A program made the position numbers and the translations under genes. Positions 14,077-27,689 of a DNA stretch of 64,000 bases are shown here, in pieces. The notes below the pieces were generated by a model. That model was not told where the DNA came from. It saw nothing but the letters and a program-made list of their open reading frames with translations, and ran no database searches. Each line of letters begins with the position of its first letter. Within the stretch, counting starts at the first letter, position 1. Source of the stretch: Eledone cirrhosa (lineage: Eukaryota). The stretch is taken from contig OZ024756.1 in the NCBI GenBank assembly GCA_964016885.1, positions 24,304,001-24,368,000 on the forward strand. The letters are read 5' to 3'.

Positions 14077-14479
14077 ATATATGTATATATATTTATATAT
14101 CAGAAAGGCAGCAACCTGATTGGAGCCCCATGAGGTGGGGTGGCTGTTGCAGCAGGTGTCTCTGGTCATTCTCAGCAGTAATGCCTTTACCATTTCGTCT
14201 GTGGTTCGTGGCTGAGGCACTGTTCTGACTGTGATGTAGTGACAGTCCCTCCTCCCATTTCCCTTTCTTTCGTTGCTTGATTCTTTTTTCTTTTTCTTCT
14301 TTTCTGTTCCCTTCAATAGTGTAAAACAGCTTTGTAAAATATTATATGTACAGTGTGTTGCAAAAAAATGCATACACAGTTCAACAGCATTCTGATAAAT
14401 ATGTGTATACATTTTTTTTTGGGGGGGGGGGGGGGAGGGGGGGGGGGGACCCTGTATATACATATATATATATACTCGC

Positions 14480-14866
14480 AAGTCCTACATAATAGGTGGG
14501 TGAGTTGGAATAAGCGGGAGAGTTGGAAAATCAGTAATTTTTCTAGATTGTCTCCGTTGGTTTTTTTTTAAACCAGAATTAGTCGTTTAGTTTATATATT
14601 GAAACCCTAACCCATCCTATTTATTTCATAACGTATGGGGTTTCTAGTAATATACTTTTCTGTCATATATATTGTTTTTTATGTCCTAAGAAAATTAATT
14701 GTTGCAGGTATGCTACCACTTAAAATAAAATTTCACTAGTGATATATTAGCAAAAGATCTGAAAAATGAATAAGTGGAGAGGAGGGATGATTATTCGAGA
14801 CCCAATAATTTATCTATTTCTTTTTCTTTGTTTTGTTTTTTTCCAAACCACCCAAAGTGTGTCAGA
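14480..14866 (+). promoter_or_regulatory. Putative 5' UTR exon and short first intron (14708 to 14857/14865) of gene 1
   Basis: A CAG|GTATGC donor at 14707/14708 lies ~150 bp upstream of the acceptor before ATG 14867. The TSS is not determined. Confidence 0.4.
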
Positions 14867-17800
14867 ATGATGACAGAGAGTCACCAGCACCCAGAAGTTC
14901 GATTAATTTCTAGTTTTATTGCTGATACCAAAGATTCTTCTACTCAATCAATTGAACTTGTAACTGAATCTGATAAAAGCATTCACCGTAAGAAACCTGC
15001 AATAATACCCAGAAAACATATGAGAAACAAGGTAAAAGATGGATCTATAATAGTAGAACACCTGCAGCCTTCTGAAAATCAATGTACAGCAAATTCCAGT
15101 AGCATTTATCTTGTGAATTTAGAGACGCAAAATTCACCGATTTTCAAGTCAGGTGATCAAAATTCTTGCTATGGTTCCACAAGAAATTCAGGTGGAATTC
15201 CCAATAAATTTTTGATATCTCATGAAGTAAAAATCAGCCCATATGATGAGAGTAGTTATTGTATATCAAGATCACTGCTGCCATCAAAATGTGAAGAACA
15301 CCTACTACCACTATCACCAGCACCAGCACCAACAACAACAACATCAGCACCACCTCCAGCACCAACATCAACACCAACAACAGCAACACTGCTGCCAGCA
15401 CCATTTGATGAGTTAGATTTTTATACAGAGAGCCCATCCAAGCATGGAAAAAGCAGGCGTAAATGTGATGTTGTGGATGATGTTGGAAACCTTAGACCAG
15501 AGAAAAATACATGTTATTTGTTTGAGGAAAATGACGAAGGTATTGCATCACCATATAACTTGAGTCACTATTACAAAGCTACTGCTGGCTCCAGTGATAA
15601 GAATGTTAAAAAAACTAGAGTCTCTGATTTACACAATAAACATGATAGAATTAAAGATAAACATGACAAGCTTAAAGACAATACAGGCTTTGGTGGGTAT
15701 GATGAACAAGATGCATTAGATAATAATGATGATATTCGTGGCTCATCCAGTGGCTACAATAAGCTAGATGCATATCAGGATAATATGCATGTTCAATCCA
15801 ATGACTTATTAAACAAGCATGATATAGATGTACCAATGGATGATATATATGCTCTGAGTGATGGCTATGGTGATAAACGTAACATATCTACCAGTAATAC
15901 ACGAGGAGATTACAACATGTACCATGAATCTATTACATCACCTGATTATAGATATCCCATCAATGAAGATGGTGATGATAATGTGCTCTCTCCAAATATT
16001 AGCTACACTTTCTATGAAGATTACCACCAAAATACTCTACCTAAAAATAACATGGACGTTGAGTGTGATAACTACAATAGTACCCACAATGCATCTGAAT
16101 ATAATGTACAGCCTCCTCCTGCTGGTTATCATAAACAAGCTTTACCAAAAGATAGCAGACATATTCTGTCTAATAGCCATGAAACACATGGTGTATACAC
16201 AGATAACAGACAAGTACCAAATAACGTCATTCGTGAGGCTGTAGTATCTTCTAGTAATACATATAGCCAGAAGGAAGGCATTGAAAAAAGTATACCTTCA
16301 GATGCCATTCATGTTGTGTATGAGGACTACCATGAAAATGTTGTGCCTAGTGATAATACTCATGCTCTGTATGAAGACTTCATAAAAGATATCCCCCCTG
16401 ACAACTGCTATATTGACTACTATGAGATATTACCTGACACCTACAGTGATGGTCACAGGAACGCTTTATTTTCAGGTGTCACTCCCTCTGACAACTATCC
16501 TAAAAACTCACGTATCTCAAATGAGGAGTACTACAAAAACAGACATGTTACATATGAAGAAGATGGCATACCCACTGATAACACACAGGCTGTTTATGAC
16601 AACTACGACAACTACCCTCCAAATTTTTTACCAGCAGATGACTCATATATTCTATATGACAATTATCCAGATCATGTTGTACCTTCAAACAGAAATCAAA
16701 GGCGTTCTATCAATGGCTACCAAACTATCATACCCCAAGACAATGTACATTCTCTCTATTCAGACACCAAGCCATCATCTGTTAAAGAACCATTGTATTC
16801 CAATAATAACTTGGATTACATATCACCAGAGAGTGCACAGAAGTGGTACATGGATTCACAAAGAGATAAGGTTTCTCCGGTTCATGATCAAACTTCTAAT
16901 GTGGAGACACAAAGAAACGAAATACCTATCTCAGAAAGTCAAGCTTTCCCTGTTGATTGTTCTGAAAATAACAATACACCACAGAAGGTAAGAGGCTACA
17001 CCAGATTACTCAGGTCGTCCCCATCACCTACTTTCACTGAATACAGTCCAAGAGAAAAAGCTGGAGGACTCACAAACCCAGTTTTAACTCACCCTGAAAT
17101 GACCGATATAATCTACGATCCTTTATATGAAAGAGAATCAAGGAATTTTCGGCCAATGAAAATAACAGCTGAACAAGAATATCCAGAGAATTTTCAGTAT
17201 GTGTATGTGACTGATAGTGCTAACCAGATGGACAATGGTGACCACAGGAAAATGAGATCAGTGAATCCTTCAGAATGTTTCATCTACAGAGAGTCTTATG
17301 AGAATGGTGAAGAGATACCTAGTGATGGCTATCAGAATAAATCTAGACATGCATTTGTAGAAGAATTTGATTATAGCTTTAGAGATGTTGTTGACACACA
17401 ACATTCTAGTAATGGTGTTGGGGAAATTATCATACTTCCTAATGACGCTTCAGAAAAAGGTTTCCATGACTACAACCAAGATGAGGAATATGTAGATTAT
17501 TTATTAGCAGTATCACCACTTCCTCCAAGACGCCACAAGGCTGAAATTTCTGATAGACGTCATACAGTGGAATACAGTGCCCACAATGAAGACAACGCAA
17601 TCATTTATGACCCTCTAAATGGGGAAGAAGTTATTGTAGATGATGTCTTCTACATGGTTTCTCCTGAAAATAAACGATCTAGAACTTTACCATCTAAAAA
17701 TAGTTGTGGCAGTCTTTCAGGATACCCTTCTCACATCCACGACAAAGAACACTCCAGAGGGAAACAACAGCCTAAAACAGGTACTGGTCAGAAATCAAGT

Positions 17801-18860
17801 AGTAACCCCTCTACTGATAATGTTCCTGATGTCTTTAACAGTTCCTTTCAAGATAAAAGAAGAAGACCCATTTATTTCGACTTCAGTCAGCAATCTCCAC
17901 TTTATTACGAAGATATTGATGGAAGTAGTTCTCCTCTTTCGTTAAGCTCATCAAAGGTTAATTCCGATTATTATGAAATCTTGTCCCCTCTTGCTGCAAG
18001 TACTCCTGATGGAGTATCAAGGTGCAGTGGAAAATATAACGAAAATACTAAGAAACAGTACAGCAGAAGACACTCAAGTTTAGCAACCGATGAATCTGGG
18101 TTTGTAGATTGTATCAGTATATCTGGTGTTTCTAGTTCTGCTGACTGCCATAGAAACAGTGAAAAACTCTCAATACACTCATCTTCCAACTCTGAAGAAT
18201 ATGAATACAGTAACATAGATGTCTTTCCAGCTTATGTCGATAATTCTGAAAACTATGTGAATAATCCAGCTACTAATGATTTGGGTGAACACACAAAAAA
18301 GAAAAACAGGGTTTCTTTCGGCAGTTCAAAAGAGACAGGATGTGAACACTATGCCAACATTGATGATTTCAATAGCATTCTTCGAATATCAAACAAATAT
18401 AACTATGATGATGACAGCTCCACAAAAGAAACAACATTTTCATATCACTCTGGGAATTCTCCAAAGGATTTTCAAGAAAATCCTAGAAAATCTGCAAGGG
18501 ATTTTAAAGAGAATTCTGTAAGTTCTTCAAGAGATTTTAAAGACAATCCTGTAAAATCTTCAAGAGATTTTAAAAAGGACTCAAACTCTAAAAGGGTCCC
18601 AACACAACAAGAAAATGATTCAAAGGTTGACCTATACATGAATTCAGAAGATGCAGCCAATTATATTAATTCTTTAAGAATAAATCCTGGTGGAGTTTAT
18701 TATGAAACAAAATGTAATTCACCAGCCAAAGGAAATCCCAAGGATATGTCTGCAATAGAAAGAGGTTTTCTGAAATTGTCGGAAGCTTTAGAGAATACTT
18801 TCAGGAAGCCGCCATCTAAAATTACATTTGCATCAGACCGTGCAAAAAGAAAAAACTTCT
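14867..18860 (+). CDS. Giant first coding exon of an uncharacterised ~1,384-aa low-complexity Tyr/Asp/Asn/Ser-rich protein
   Basis: A 4-kb stop-free frame with ordinary coding composition. A polypyrimidine tract (14810-14845) and AG acceptor (14857 or 14865) precede ATG 14867. The frame ends at the canonical donor CT|GTAAGT after 18860 (phase 1). Confidence 0.85.
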
Positions 18861-18994
18861 GTAAGTTTTTTAAATAAATATTTCATGATAAAGAAGTTTA
18901 TGGGAATCAAAACTAGCTGGGTCAGTAATCTCTGATATCATTATCATTATTCATTGGTTGTTTTCCCTGATAGACATTTAAATTTCAATAATGC

Positions 18995-19440
18995 AGCCTC
19001 GTAGTAAGGGTGTTAAACTTACGATCATAATGTCATGGGTTCGATTCCTGGACTGGGTTATGTGTAGTGTTCTTGAGCAAAACACTTCATTTCCCATTGC
19101 TCCAATATACTCAGTAATAAATCTGTGATGGACTGGCGTCCTGTCCAGGGGAAGTTTTGTACTCTCTGTCACTTCATGCCACAGAAACTGGGATAAGCAC
19201 TGGTCTGATGAGCCTGGAGGCTCGGGACAGACTTTAATTCTGTGATGGACTGGCATCCTGTCCAACGGGGGAGTCTTGTACTCTCAGTAGCTTAGTGCCA
19301 CAGAAACTGGAATAAGCACTGGCTTGATAAGCCTCTGAGCACAAGACAGACTTTAACCCTGCAATGGACTGGCACCGGCCTGATAAGTACCGGCTTGATG
19401 AACCTCCAGGCTCGAAACAGACTTTAGACTTTAAACTTTT
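18995..19440 (+). mobile_element. tRNA-head SINE with a triplicated 3' segment (in the intron of gene 1)
   Basis: B box GGTTCGATTCC; the (G)ATGGACTGGC..CAGACTTTA unit occurs three times. Related heads lie at 20850-21082 (-), 56335 (+) and 60062 (+). Confidence 0.7.
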
Positions 19441-19909
19441 TAGTCTATTTAGCTGTTAATAGATACCATGATGATATATGGTAAATACCACAGCTGCTTG
19501 TAATTAAAAGACTATAAAATTCTGATCACAGTAGTAGTGCTGATATAAAACACACATTTCTTGGGAAAATTTTATAAAGGGTTCTGTCTAGTTGGCATGA
19601 CCTATTTTTGCTACATAAGGTTATCTGGTGCCTTAACCCATTTGATACCAAACTGACCTTGGTTCAACAATATGAAACTGGTTTTTAAAATATTTGTATT
19701 TATCCAAAGAGTCTTCCATTATATATATATCCTCATAGTGGCTAATGGCAACTTCTTTTTCCATCTTTTAAGGGTATTTACCCTATTTTATAAGCTATTT
19801 TGTAGCATTTATGTGTTTTAGCACATCATCTTTTATACTTATACACACGCGCACGCACATATATATATTCTCAGCACTTAAAAGTTCGAGAATTTGGCTT
19901 ATGTACATT

Positions 19910-19953
<44 letters not shown>

Positions 19954-22579
19954 CAGCTATATAGAGCAAACAAGTTAAAAATAGAATTAAATGTTCTGCT
20001 TAGTAAAAATGTCACCTAAAATGGATGTTTTTTTTTTGTTTTTTTTTTACTTTATTTTAAGCAACAAAGATTTATTGCAATGCAAAATATCCAGTAGTAA
20101 AAAAAAATTTACAATATACATGGCAATAATGAAACAAAAAAAGATGGAAATAAGAAAAATAGGAAAAACAAAGAAGGGAATTAAGCAACGAAAGAAAGGG
20201 AGACGGGACCGGAGCGACGGGCTCTAAACCCCAGTCTGAGTGGCATTTCAGTTGAGCCCCACAAATAAAATATCAAAGGTTTGCCACAAAGAATGGCCAG
20301 CCATACCTGTTACAACAGCCATTTCACCTCACAAGGCTTCTTCCTTAAGTGAACTGCTGTCATTCTGATTTTACTCTATAAGAAGCTCGTGTCTGGAATA
20401 AATGTATTAGTATAAACATAGGAAATCTTTATCTACAGTATTTTTGCATAGCTTTATAGCATATGTCAAAGTAACAGCACTCCCACCTTACAGGGTGGAC
20501 TGGGTGCCTTTTGTCATGGCACCAGCACTATCACCTTACAGGATGGACTGGATGTCTTTTGTCATGACACTAGCACTATCACCTTAGAGGGTGGACTGGG
20601 TGCCTTTTGTCATGGCACCAGCACTATCCTGTAGGATGGACTCGGTACCTTTTGTCATGGCACCAGCACTACCATCTTACAGTGAAAACTCGTTATTTTT
20701 ATTGTGGTGCCATCACAACCACTTCACAGGGTAGATACAAGAACCTAGTGTCTGGAATAAATGTATTAGTATGAACAAAGGAAATATTTATCAACAGTAT
20801 TTTTGTATAGCTTTATAGCATATATCTCAAAGTATGTCAATCGATCGATAAGATCCCAGACCTCATTCATTTACCATGTGGTCTTGAACTCATCAAATTG
20901 GACCAAGGAAACAATGTTTCCATTGGTCTTTCCAATTGCTGATACTATCTACCAGTCGCAACTCATGGCATAAAGAGCAACATGTCTTGCTCAAGAATAT
21001 AATGCATCGCCTGGTCCAGGAATTGAACTCGCAACCACACAATTGCAAATCCAATTCTCTAACCACTAAGCCACACACCTTCACTATAGCTTTAATATAC
21101 AGAGTATAGATGGCAGATCAGGAAGGTTGTTAGAATCTTGGGCTGAATGCTTTGCTGTATTTGTTCCAGTTTTCTGATATAACAGACATATGATCAAAAG
21201 TATTCCAGCCATGACCATCCAACCCTTTTTATACATATAGGACTATATCAGCCAATGAACCATTGTTTATTGAACTGATAGGGTATAACTATGAGGAAAA
21301 TTTGGCTGCTATTTCTAGAAGGCTGAGAAATAAAACAGACTCACTTGTTGGCTTAGATTGTGCAGCGATGGTGACAGTGGTGGTGTGTATGAAACATTAG
21401 AAGGTGACAGACTAAATTGAGGTTGATTAAGCAGGATTCCCACCACCATCCTACTAACCTCCTTCTACCCCCCCCCCCCCCATCAGTACTACCACAACCC
21501 CACCACCACCACCAACACTATTGCCACAACCTTCTTTGTGTACATGAGTTACATCCTGTGTTAGGAGGTGTTCTGTACTTTATCAAGGCCTTCACATGAT
21601 TGAGACTGTTCAACCAATGAAGTATACTCTATGGTTGCTAGACTTGCAAGAAATAGCAGCCAAATTAAATCTTAAATAGAAAATGAAAACAGAACACAGG
21701 CATTGTATAATGTAGTCATCATCATCATTATCATCATCATCACCACCACCACTGTTTAATGTCTAATTTCCATGCTTGCGTGGGTTAGAGGGGCCGCTAC
21801 ATTCTGAGGCTCGACTGGTCAGGTGACCATGTCTTGCTCTTACATTCAGTATTTGGTTTGGTTTTTGACAGCTGGATGTCCTTTCTAACACCAACCACTT
21901 TACATTGTGTACTGGGGACCTTTTGTCATGGCACAAGCACTACCACCTTACAGGGTGTACTGTATTTCTAGTGAAAGACTGCCTATGTGTTTAACCCTCT
22001 CATTACCATATTTCTAATGAAAGACACTGTCTGTGTCTTTAGCTCTTTCATTACCATATTTCTGATGAAAGACACTGTATGTCTTAAACCCTCTCATTTC
22101 TAATGAAAAACACTGCCTATGTGTTTCAATGAATTTTGAAAATAACCAAAAATTCAAAGGAAGTTAATAAAAATAAATATATTTTTCATTAGTAAGATGA
22201 TACTTAGAACATTACTTTAGAAAATTTTCTGGAATAAAATCATATAAAGATAAATATTTTAAAATAAACAGTTTTGTATCATATATCCAGAATGGTTTCA
22301 GACAGTTTCCTATCAAAAGGATTAATTCAGTGCATATGTGTTTAGTGTATTAATATCTTTATCATGTAAACCTATAAGCCAAGCATTTATATATTTACCA
22401 TATATTTCTCTATATTTTATGTATATATATATATTTATATATATATATATATATATACACACACGCAAAGGTAAGTCAAATTAAATTTTGTTTGTGTAGA
22501 TCCAATACACAGAAATATATGTTAAAGATTGAACACTGAATACATTTCTCCTGACTACTTCTAGTTATTCCTGTTTGTT

Positions 22580-22644
<65 letters not shown>

Positions 22645-22888
22645 GTTTAACAAGGTTCAATGAATTCATCAATGAATAAATTTTTTTTTATCAATGAATA
22701 AAGTATTTTATCTGATGAAGACATACTGCTGAAATAGCTCAGTACCTCTGAAATATGTATAATAAAATATATTTGATCACATGAATGTCTATATTTATTA
22801 ATATTTTGAAGTAATATATATATATATATACACATATTTATATATATGTATGTGATATATATTCTATATATTCATTGTGTGTTTGCAG

Positions 22889-23049
22889 ATATCAGTGGAA
22901 ATTGGGCCGAGAAAATTCCACCTGTGAAAATGGATGAGTCGTTTGATAAATATGGCTATGAAGATTATAAAACTCCAACAAGCAACCCTTTCAAACTGAA
23001 GAATTTCTTAAAGAAGAAAAAGAAAAAATTAGACACAACAATCCATTAA
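22889..23049 (+). CDS. Terminal coding exon of the same gene (Y-ISGNWAEKIPPVKMDESFDKYGYEDYKTPTSNPFKLKNFLKKKKKKLDTTIH*)
   Basis: Acceptor TGTTTGCAG| ends at 22888. The phase-1 T plus AT gives TAT (Tyr), continuing the upstream frame to TAA 23047-23049. AATAAA lies at 23104-23109. Confidence 0.75.
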
Positions 23050-23711
23050 AATAATAAGTTTCTACATGTAATTCCTGTTTCTTCATTATCGCTGGAATGG
23101 TAAAATAAAATTTCCCATTGAGTGATATAATGAACTGATACACACACACAGACACACACATACAGACATACCACACACAAACAGATACACACACGCACCA
23201 TACAGACAGACACACCACACACATACCATATAGACAGACACACCACACGCATACACACTAAACACTGACAGATACACACACACCATATAGACAGACAGAC
23301 GCACAGACTTACATGCACACACACACCACACAGACAAGCACGCCACACACTCACACATACACACTCAGAGACAGACACACACCATACACACTCACACAGA
23401 CATACACATATATTTGATGGGTACATATACCCATTCACTCTTAATATTATTCAGAAATAGGCATACTAATTTGCATATAATTAGCCCTTGTATTGGTAAT
23501 TAATTAAGATATATATTGAGAAGTGTGTTAGCAGCCGAAGTGTATGATAAATTTATATCTGTGTATTTACAGAGTGTATAACCAAGACTGGTTAAATGTA
23601 TACACATATCAAATATGTAGGTATGTAAACATGCCAGAAAATACATAATTCCTTGTGGTCGGTTGAATGATATACACATCTGATGAGGGTTCAATTAGAT
23701 CCCACAATCGA

Positions 23712-23927
23712 TTAACCCTTTAGTATTTAAACCAGCTGTATACAGCCAGAATTCTCTCACCTTTTTCTGCTTAAACCGGCTGTAACCAGCTGATCATACT
23801 GATATTAAGGTATTGTTCTTAAAATGAATAATATCAAAATCTCATAGATTCAATATTATGTGAGATAAAGGCTTTACCGAGAAAATACAATAGTAAATAT
23901 AGAGTAATGTAAATGTTAAAGGGTTAA
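23712..23927. mobile_element. MITE family B solo copy
   Basis: TTAACCCTTTAGTATTTA...TAAATGTTAAAGGGTTAA. Confidence 0.75.
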
Positions 23928-24489
23928 AGATGTTTATCATTTTTTAAAAATTTACATTCTTATTTTCTGTCATGTTTACATATATACATATTAGATATGT
24001 AAAAAAAAATGCCTAAGACCCACCATATGGCACCCCTACGCCTCCATCAGGGGTTACGGGTCTAAACATACATTGTCTATATCAGTGTTTCCTAAAGTGA
24101 GGCTTGACAAACTCTGAAAACAATTTGGTGGTTTCACAAGATAAAATATATTTTTCATAAAATGTAATTAAATTATCTTTTTTTTTTATATCTAAATAAA
24201 TCCTATATAAATGAGTTATGCAATTTTTTTTTTAAACCTGATGATGCAGACTTGTGATAAAGATGTTTCAACCATGACCATCCAGTAAATTTTTATAGTG
24301 ATACCAGTCTCCAAGACTGATGTTATGGAGTTCTTAGGTGAGGGAACTATAGAAAATGAGTAATTTATGATGGTTTGAAGACCATATTTATTCAAAACAT
24401 AAGAAAAATCATAAATTTCACCTCCAAAATTCTATCTAACCAATCCTATCAACAAACTTAACTTAAAATTAAATAAAAAATTACTACCA

Positions 24490-25135
24490 CTCCTCTGAAT
24501 CAAGACATCACAGCTCTGATACTAGGGCATGTGGTTAGAATCTCTCAGGAGATCAGATGGTCACTCCAGGTAGAGCCATGACTCCTTTGAATAAAGAGAT
24601 TACAGCTCTGATACTATGGGCATGTGGTTAGAATCTCTCAGGAGATCAGATGGTCACTCCAGGTAGAGCCATGACTCCTTTGAATAAAGAGATTACAGCT
24701 CTGATACTAGGGCATGTGGTTAGAATCTCTCAGGAGATCAGATGGTCACTCCAGGTAGAGCCATGACTCCTTTGAATAAAGAGATTACAGCTCTGATACT
24801 ATGGGCATGTGGTTAGAATGCCTAAGTAGATCAGAGAGTCACTCCAAGTAGAGTCACTACATCTCTGAATCAAGAGATCACAATTCTAATACTTTGAGCA
24901 TGTGGTTAGAGTGTCTCAGGAAAGAATCGCTGGACAGATTTTACAAGCAAAACCAACTGGCAGGAGACCCAGCAAGATGGTTGAATAACAATCATGAGCT
25001 CGGCTGGTTTCGCTTGGGGGGTCAAGCCTGATCAATTGGAGACAGTTGCTTCTGACAGGACCTGCTGGATGGCATTCTTGAGGACCCTGCTCCTATGAAC
25101 CTCCCAGGAATAAGTTGGCAGAGAAGAAGAGGATA
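24490..25135 (+). mobile_element. RTE 3' fragment with an internal ~92-93-bp segment tandemly repeated about 4 times
   Basis: Repeated AGCTCTGATACTA(T)GGGCATGTGGTTAGAATCTCTCAGGAGATCAG..., running into GAAAGAATCGCTGGACAGATTTT of the same family as 8950. Confidence 0.8.
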
Positions 25136-25920
25136 TCACACCCATTTCAGAGATGGGTGTGATAGTAAAAATTTATATACTATCCTACCTTTTCATACAT
25201 CTAAAATTATTACTATTACACCCATCTCCAAGATGGGTGTGATAATAAAAATGTATACACCATCCTACCCTTTTCATACATCTAAGAATTATTACTATTA
25301 TTTCATGGTAGTAGAAAAGAGATTTGAAAGAATTTGACTGTTATGTCATTTAGGTTAAACTAGCAATGGTTGTTGTTGTTTTTGTAGTTGTAGTTGTTGG
25401 TTTTTTGTTGTTGTTTTTCTGAGACTTCAGCTAAATTTGCTCACAAATAAAGTTGCTTGTGACAGACCAAGTAGACAGCTAGAGCAATATAAAATTGATG
25501 AATGTTTCAATAATTTGCAACAAGTTCAAGTGTTTTTGTCATGTTTTTGTCATCTTAGATGTGAATAGAAATATCGATATAATAGAAAATTAAGGCATCC
25601 TTCTTATTCTATTTTTCTTGACATTTATATTGTTTGACATTCATAGTATTTGTAATATTCTATTTTAGTGAATAAATCATATCATTTTTCTACTTTTTTT
25701 TGCAAAATTCTTGATATGAAATCATGTGTTGAATCAGATATTGTTGTACTTTAGTTGGGTCATACTGCCAACTAAAACACATGCACTAGTTGTTATTTCA
25801 CTTCAGTTTAATGACCTAATTATATAATTAGGTCATTAACCCTGTCATGATTATATTTCTTATAAAATATTATACATTTAATATGTTTCAATTAATTTTG
25901 AAAATAATCAAGAATATAGC

Positions 25921-26500
25921 TATAGTGCGTCAACACGTTGAATTTGCATGACCAGTCTGGAACCCCTATCTTGCTCAGAATATTGATCTCCTGGAAACTG
26001 TTCAGAAACAAATACCCTCCATCAGGCATCTACCATACTCTGAAGGCCTTGCCTCCCTGGGCATGGATACATTAAAGCTTCGACATCTGGCAGCTAATTT
26101 TGTAGACATCCACAAGCTTATTAACCATCTTTCCACCAACAACACTGGGCACCTTTTTGAATTCCATGTCTAACACCCATGACATGCTTACAAAATCAGA
26201 AAACAGTACAGTTTCCATGACTTTCGGAAACACTTTTTCATACTCAGAGTTGCTGAAGCATAGAACAAACTACCTGCATCAATTGTTAGCTGTCAGGACA
26301 CTGCATCCTTCAAAACTTCCATGCTTCCCGAAATTCGCCAACACTACACCTGATATTCCCCCTCCACACACGCTCGCATGTCAGTGTGTATGTCATGCAC
26401 TGTTCATTTCCTGACTTTTGTACATTATTCTATGTACTATACATGCACTTTTGATGAGTTGTAGTGCACCTGAGCATTGTACACAATAATTTTCATTATT
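25921..26500 (+). mobile_element. CR1-clade LINE 3' fragment
   Basis: IVRQHVEFA*PVWNPYLAQNIDLLETVQK..LPYSEGLASLG..HAYKIRK..RKHFF..RV..NKLP..FK. The 3' UTR tail recurs inverted at ~55095-55200. Confidence 0.85.
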
Positions 26501-27689
26501 TTTAAAAGGCTTCAGTATGGTGAACATGCAATTTTCTGCATTACATAATGGATGTCCACCAGAATTAAAAGACTAAACCATTGAATGCTGTGCCCTAGCA
26601 TGGCCGCTGTCTAATGACTGAAGCCAGTGAAAGAATGAATAAATGGGCTATCTAAGATCTGCATTAACAGTTTTAACTATGCTTAGCTGAGGAGGTCAAA
26701 TAAAACGAAACACTTCCGGAGTTATCACTCATTATACTGCTAACTATCAAACTCACTTCCTACTGCATTTCATGTATCATTAATTTCAATCATTTTATAT
26801 TTTGAAATTGTCTTCCTCTACTTATTTTTTATACTAGAATTAGTTATTTTAAAATAATAATTATTATTCCTTCATTACTACGGGTGAAATTTTAATCAAT
26901 TATTATTATTATTATGGTTTTTTTTTACTTACTGCACCAAGTACATTAGTACCCATTTTACTATTTTGTGTAATTCTGTGTTCAAATTCCATCGAAGACA
27001 AATTTACCTGTTATCCTTTCGGGATGGGGTCGATAAAATAAAGCACTAGGTCGATTTAATCGATTTTTCCATTCCCCACATCCAAAGAAAATTTAAAAAA
27101 ACTGTTCGACTTGTGCCTATATTGGAAAGCAATATTACCTCATCTGAGCTTTGCTTAATATTATTACTGCTGCTACTGAGCTTTTCACCAGATCTCTTTC
27201 TCTCCCTCTCTTATCGCTGTTGGTAGTTGTGTGTATTCAGAAAGACTGAGGAGGGAGGAGGGAAAGAGAAAGATACAGAAAGATGGAGGAGGGAAAAGAA
27301 AGATACAGAAAGAGCAGGAGGGAAAGAGAGAGAGAGAGAGAGAGAGATTTAGGACAGTTGCTTCAGAGGAATAGTCGAACCAACAAGCACCAATTAAACT
27401 TATAATTCTCAACGCGTAAGTAAAGCTATTATTCCATTTTTATGTGGCTTTATTGCCTTCTTATTTCAATTTTATTATTTTTATTGCTCTTTCTTTAACT
27501 TTTCAAAGACATAATATGATGTTTTCTTCTCTCGTTCCATCTAAATCCTCTCTCCAAGTTATCCATCGTCAGCCAAGAATGTTTATATTCTGCCAAACCT
27601 CAATCTTCTTGGTTAGTGTGATCCAACTGAATATATTCTCTCACCCCAGTACACATACACCTCCATATATATATATATATATATATATA

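Noticed and set aside
14421-14448. Poly-G run as a regulatory G-quadruplex
   Set aside because: Similar homopolymer C/G runs occur at unrelated sites (21468, 27808, 29305); nothing ties this one to function.
14774-14866. ORF-track N-terminal extension of gene 1 (GTG start) and its C-terminal CKFFK* end
   Set aside because: The extension is an intronic pyrimidine tract, and the end runs past a canonical GTAAGT donor.
19205-19236. CTGATGAGCC..GGCTC hammerhead-like motif
   Set aside because: There is no GAAA in register and no stems I or III; it is a SINE-tail stem-loop.
26687-26725. CTGAGGA...CGAAAC hammerhead-like motif
   Set aside because: No stem I pairing and no related copy in the window; likely chance. 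The motif at 22712-22745 is similarly unsupported.
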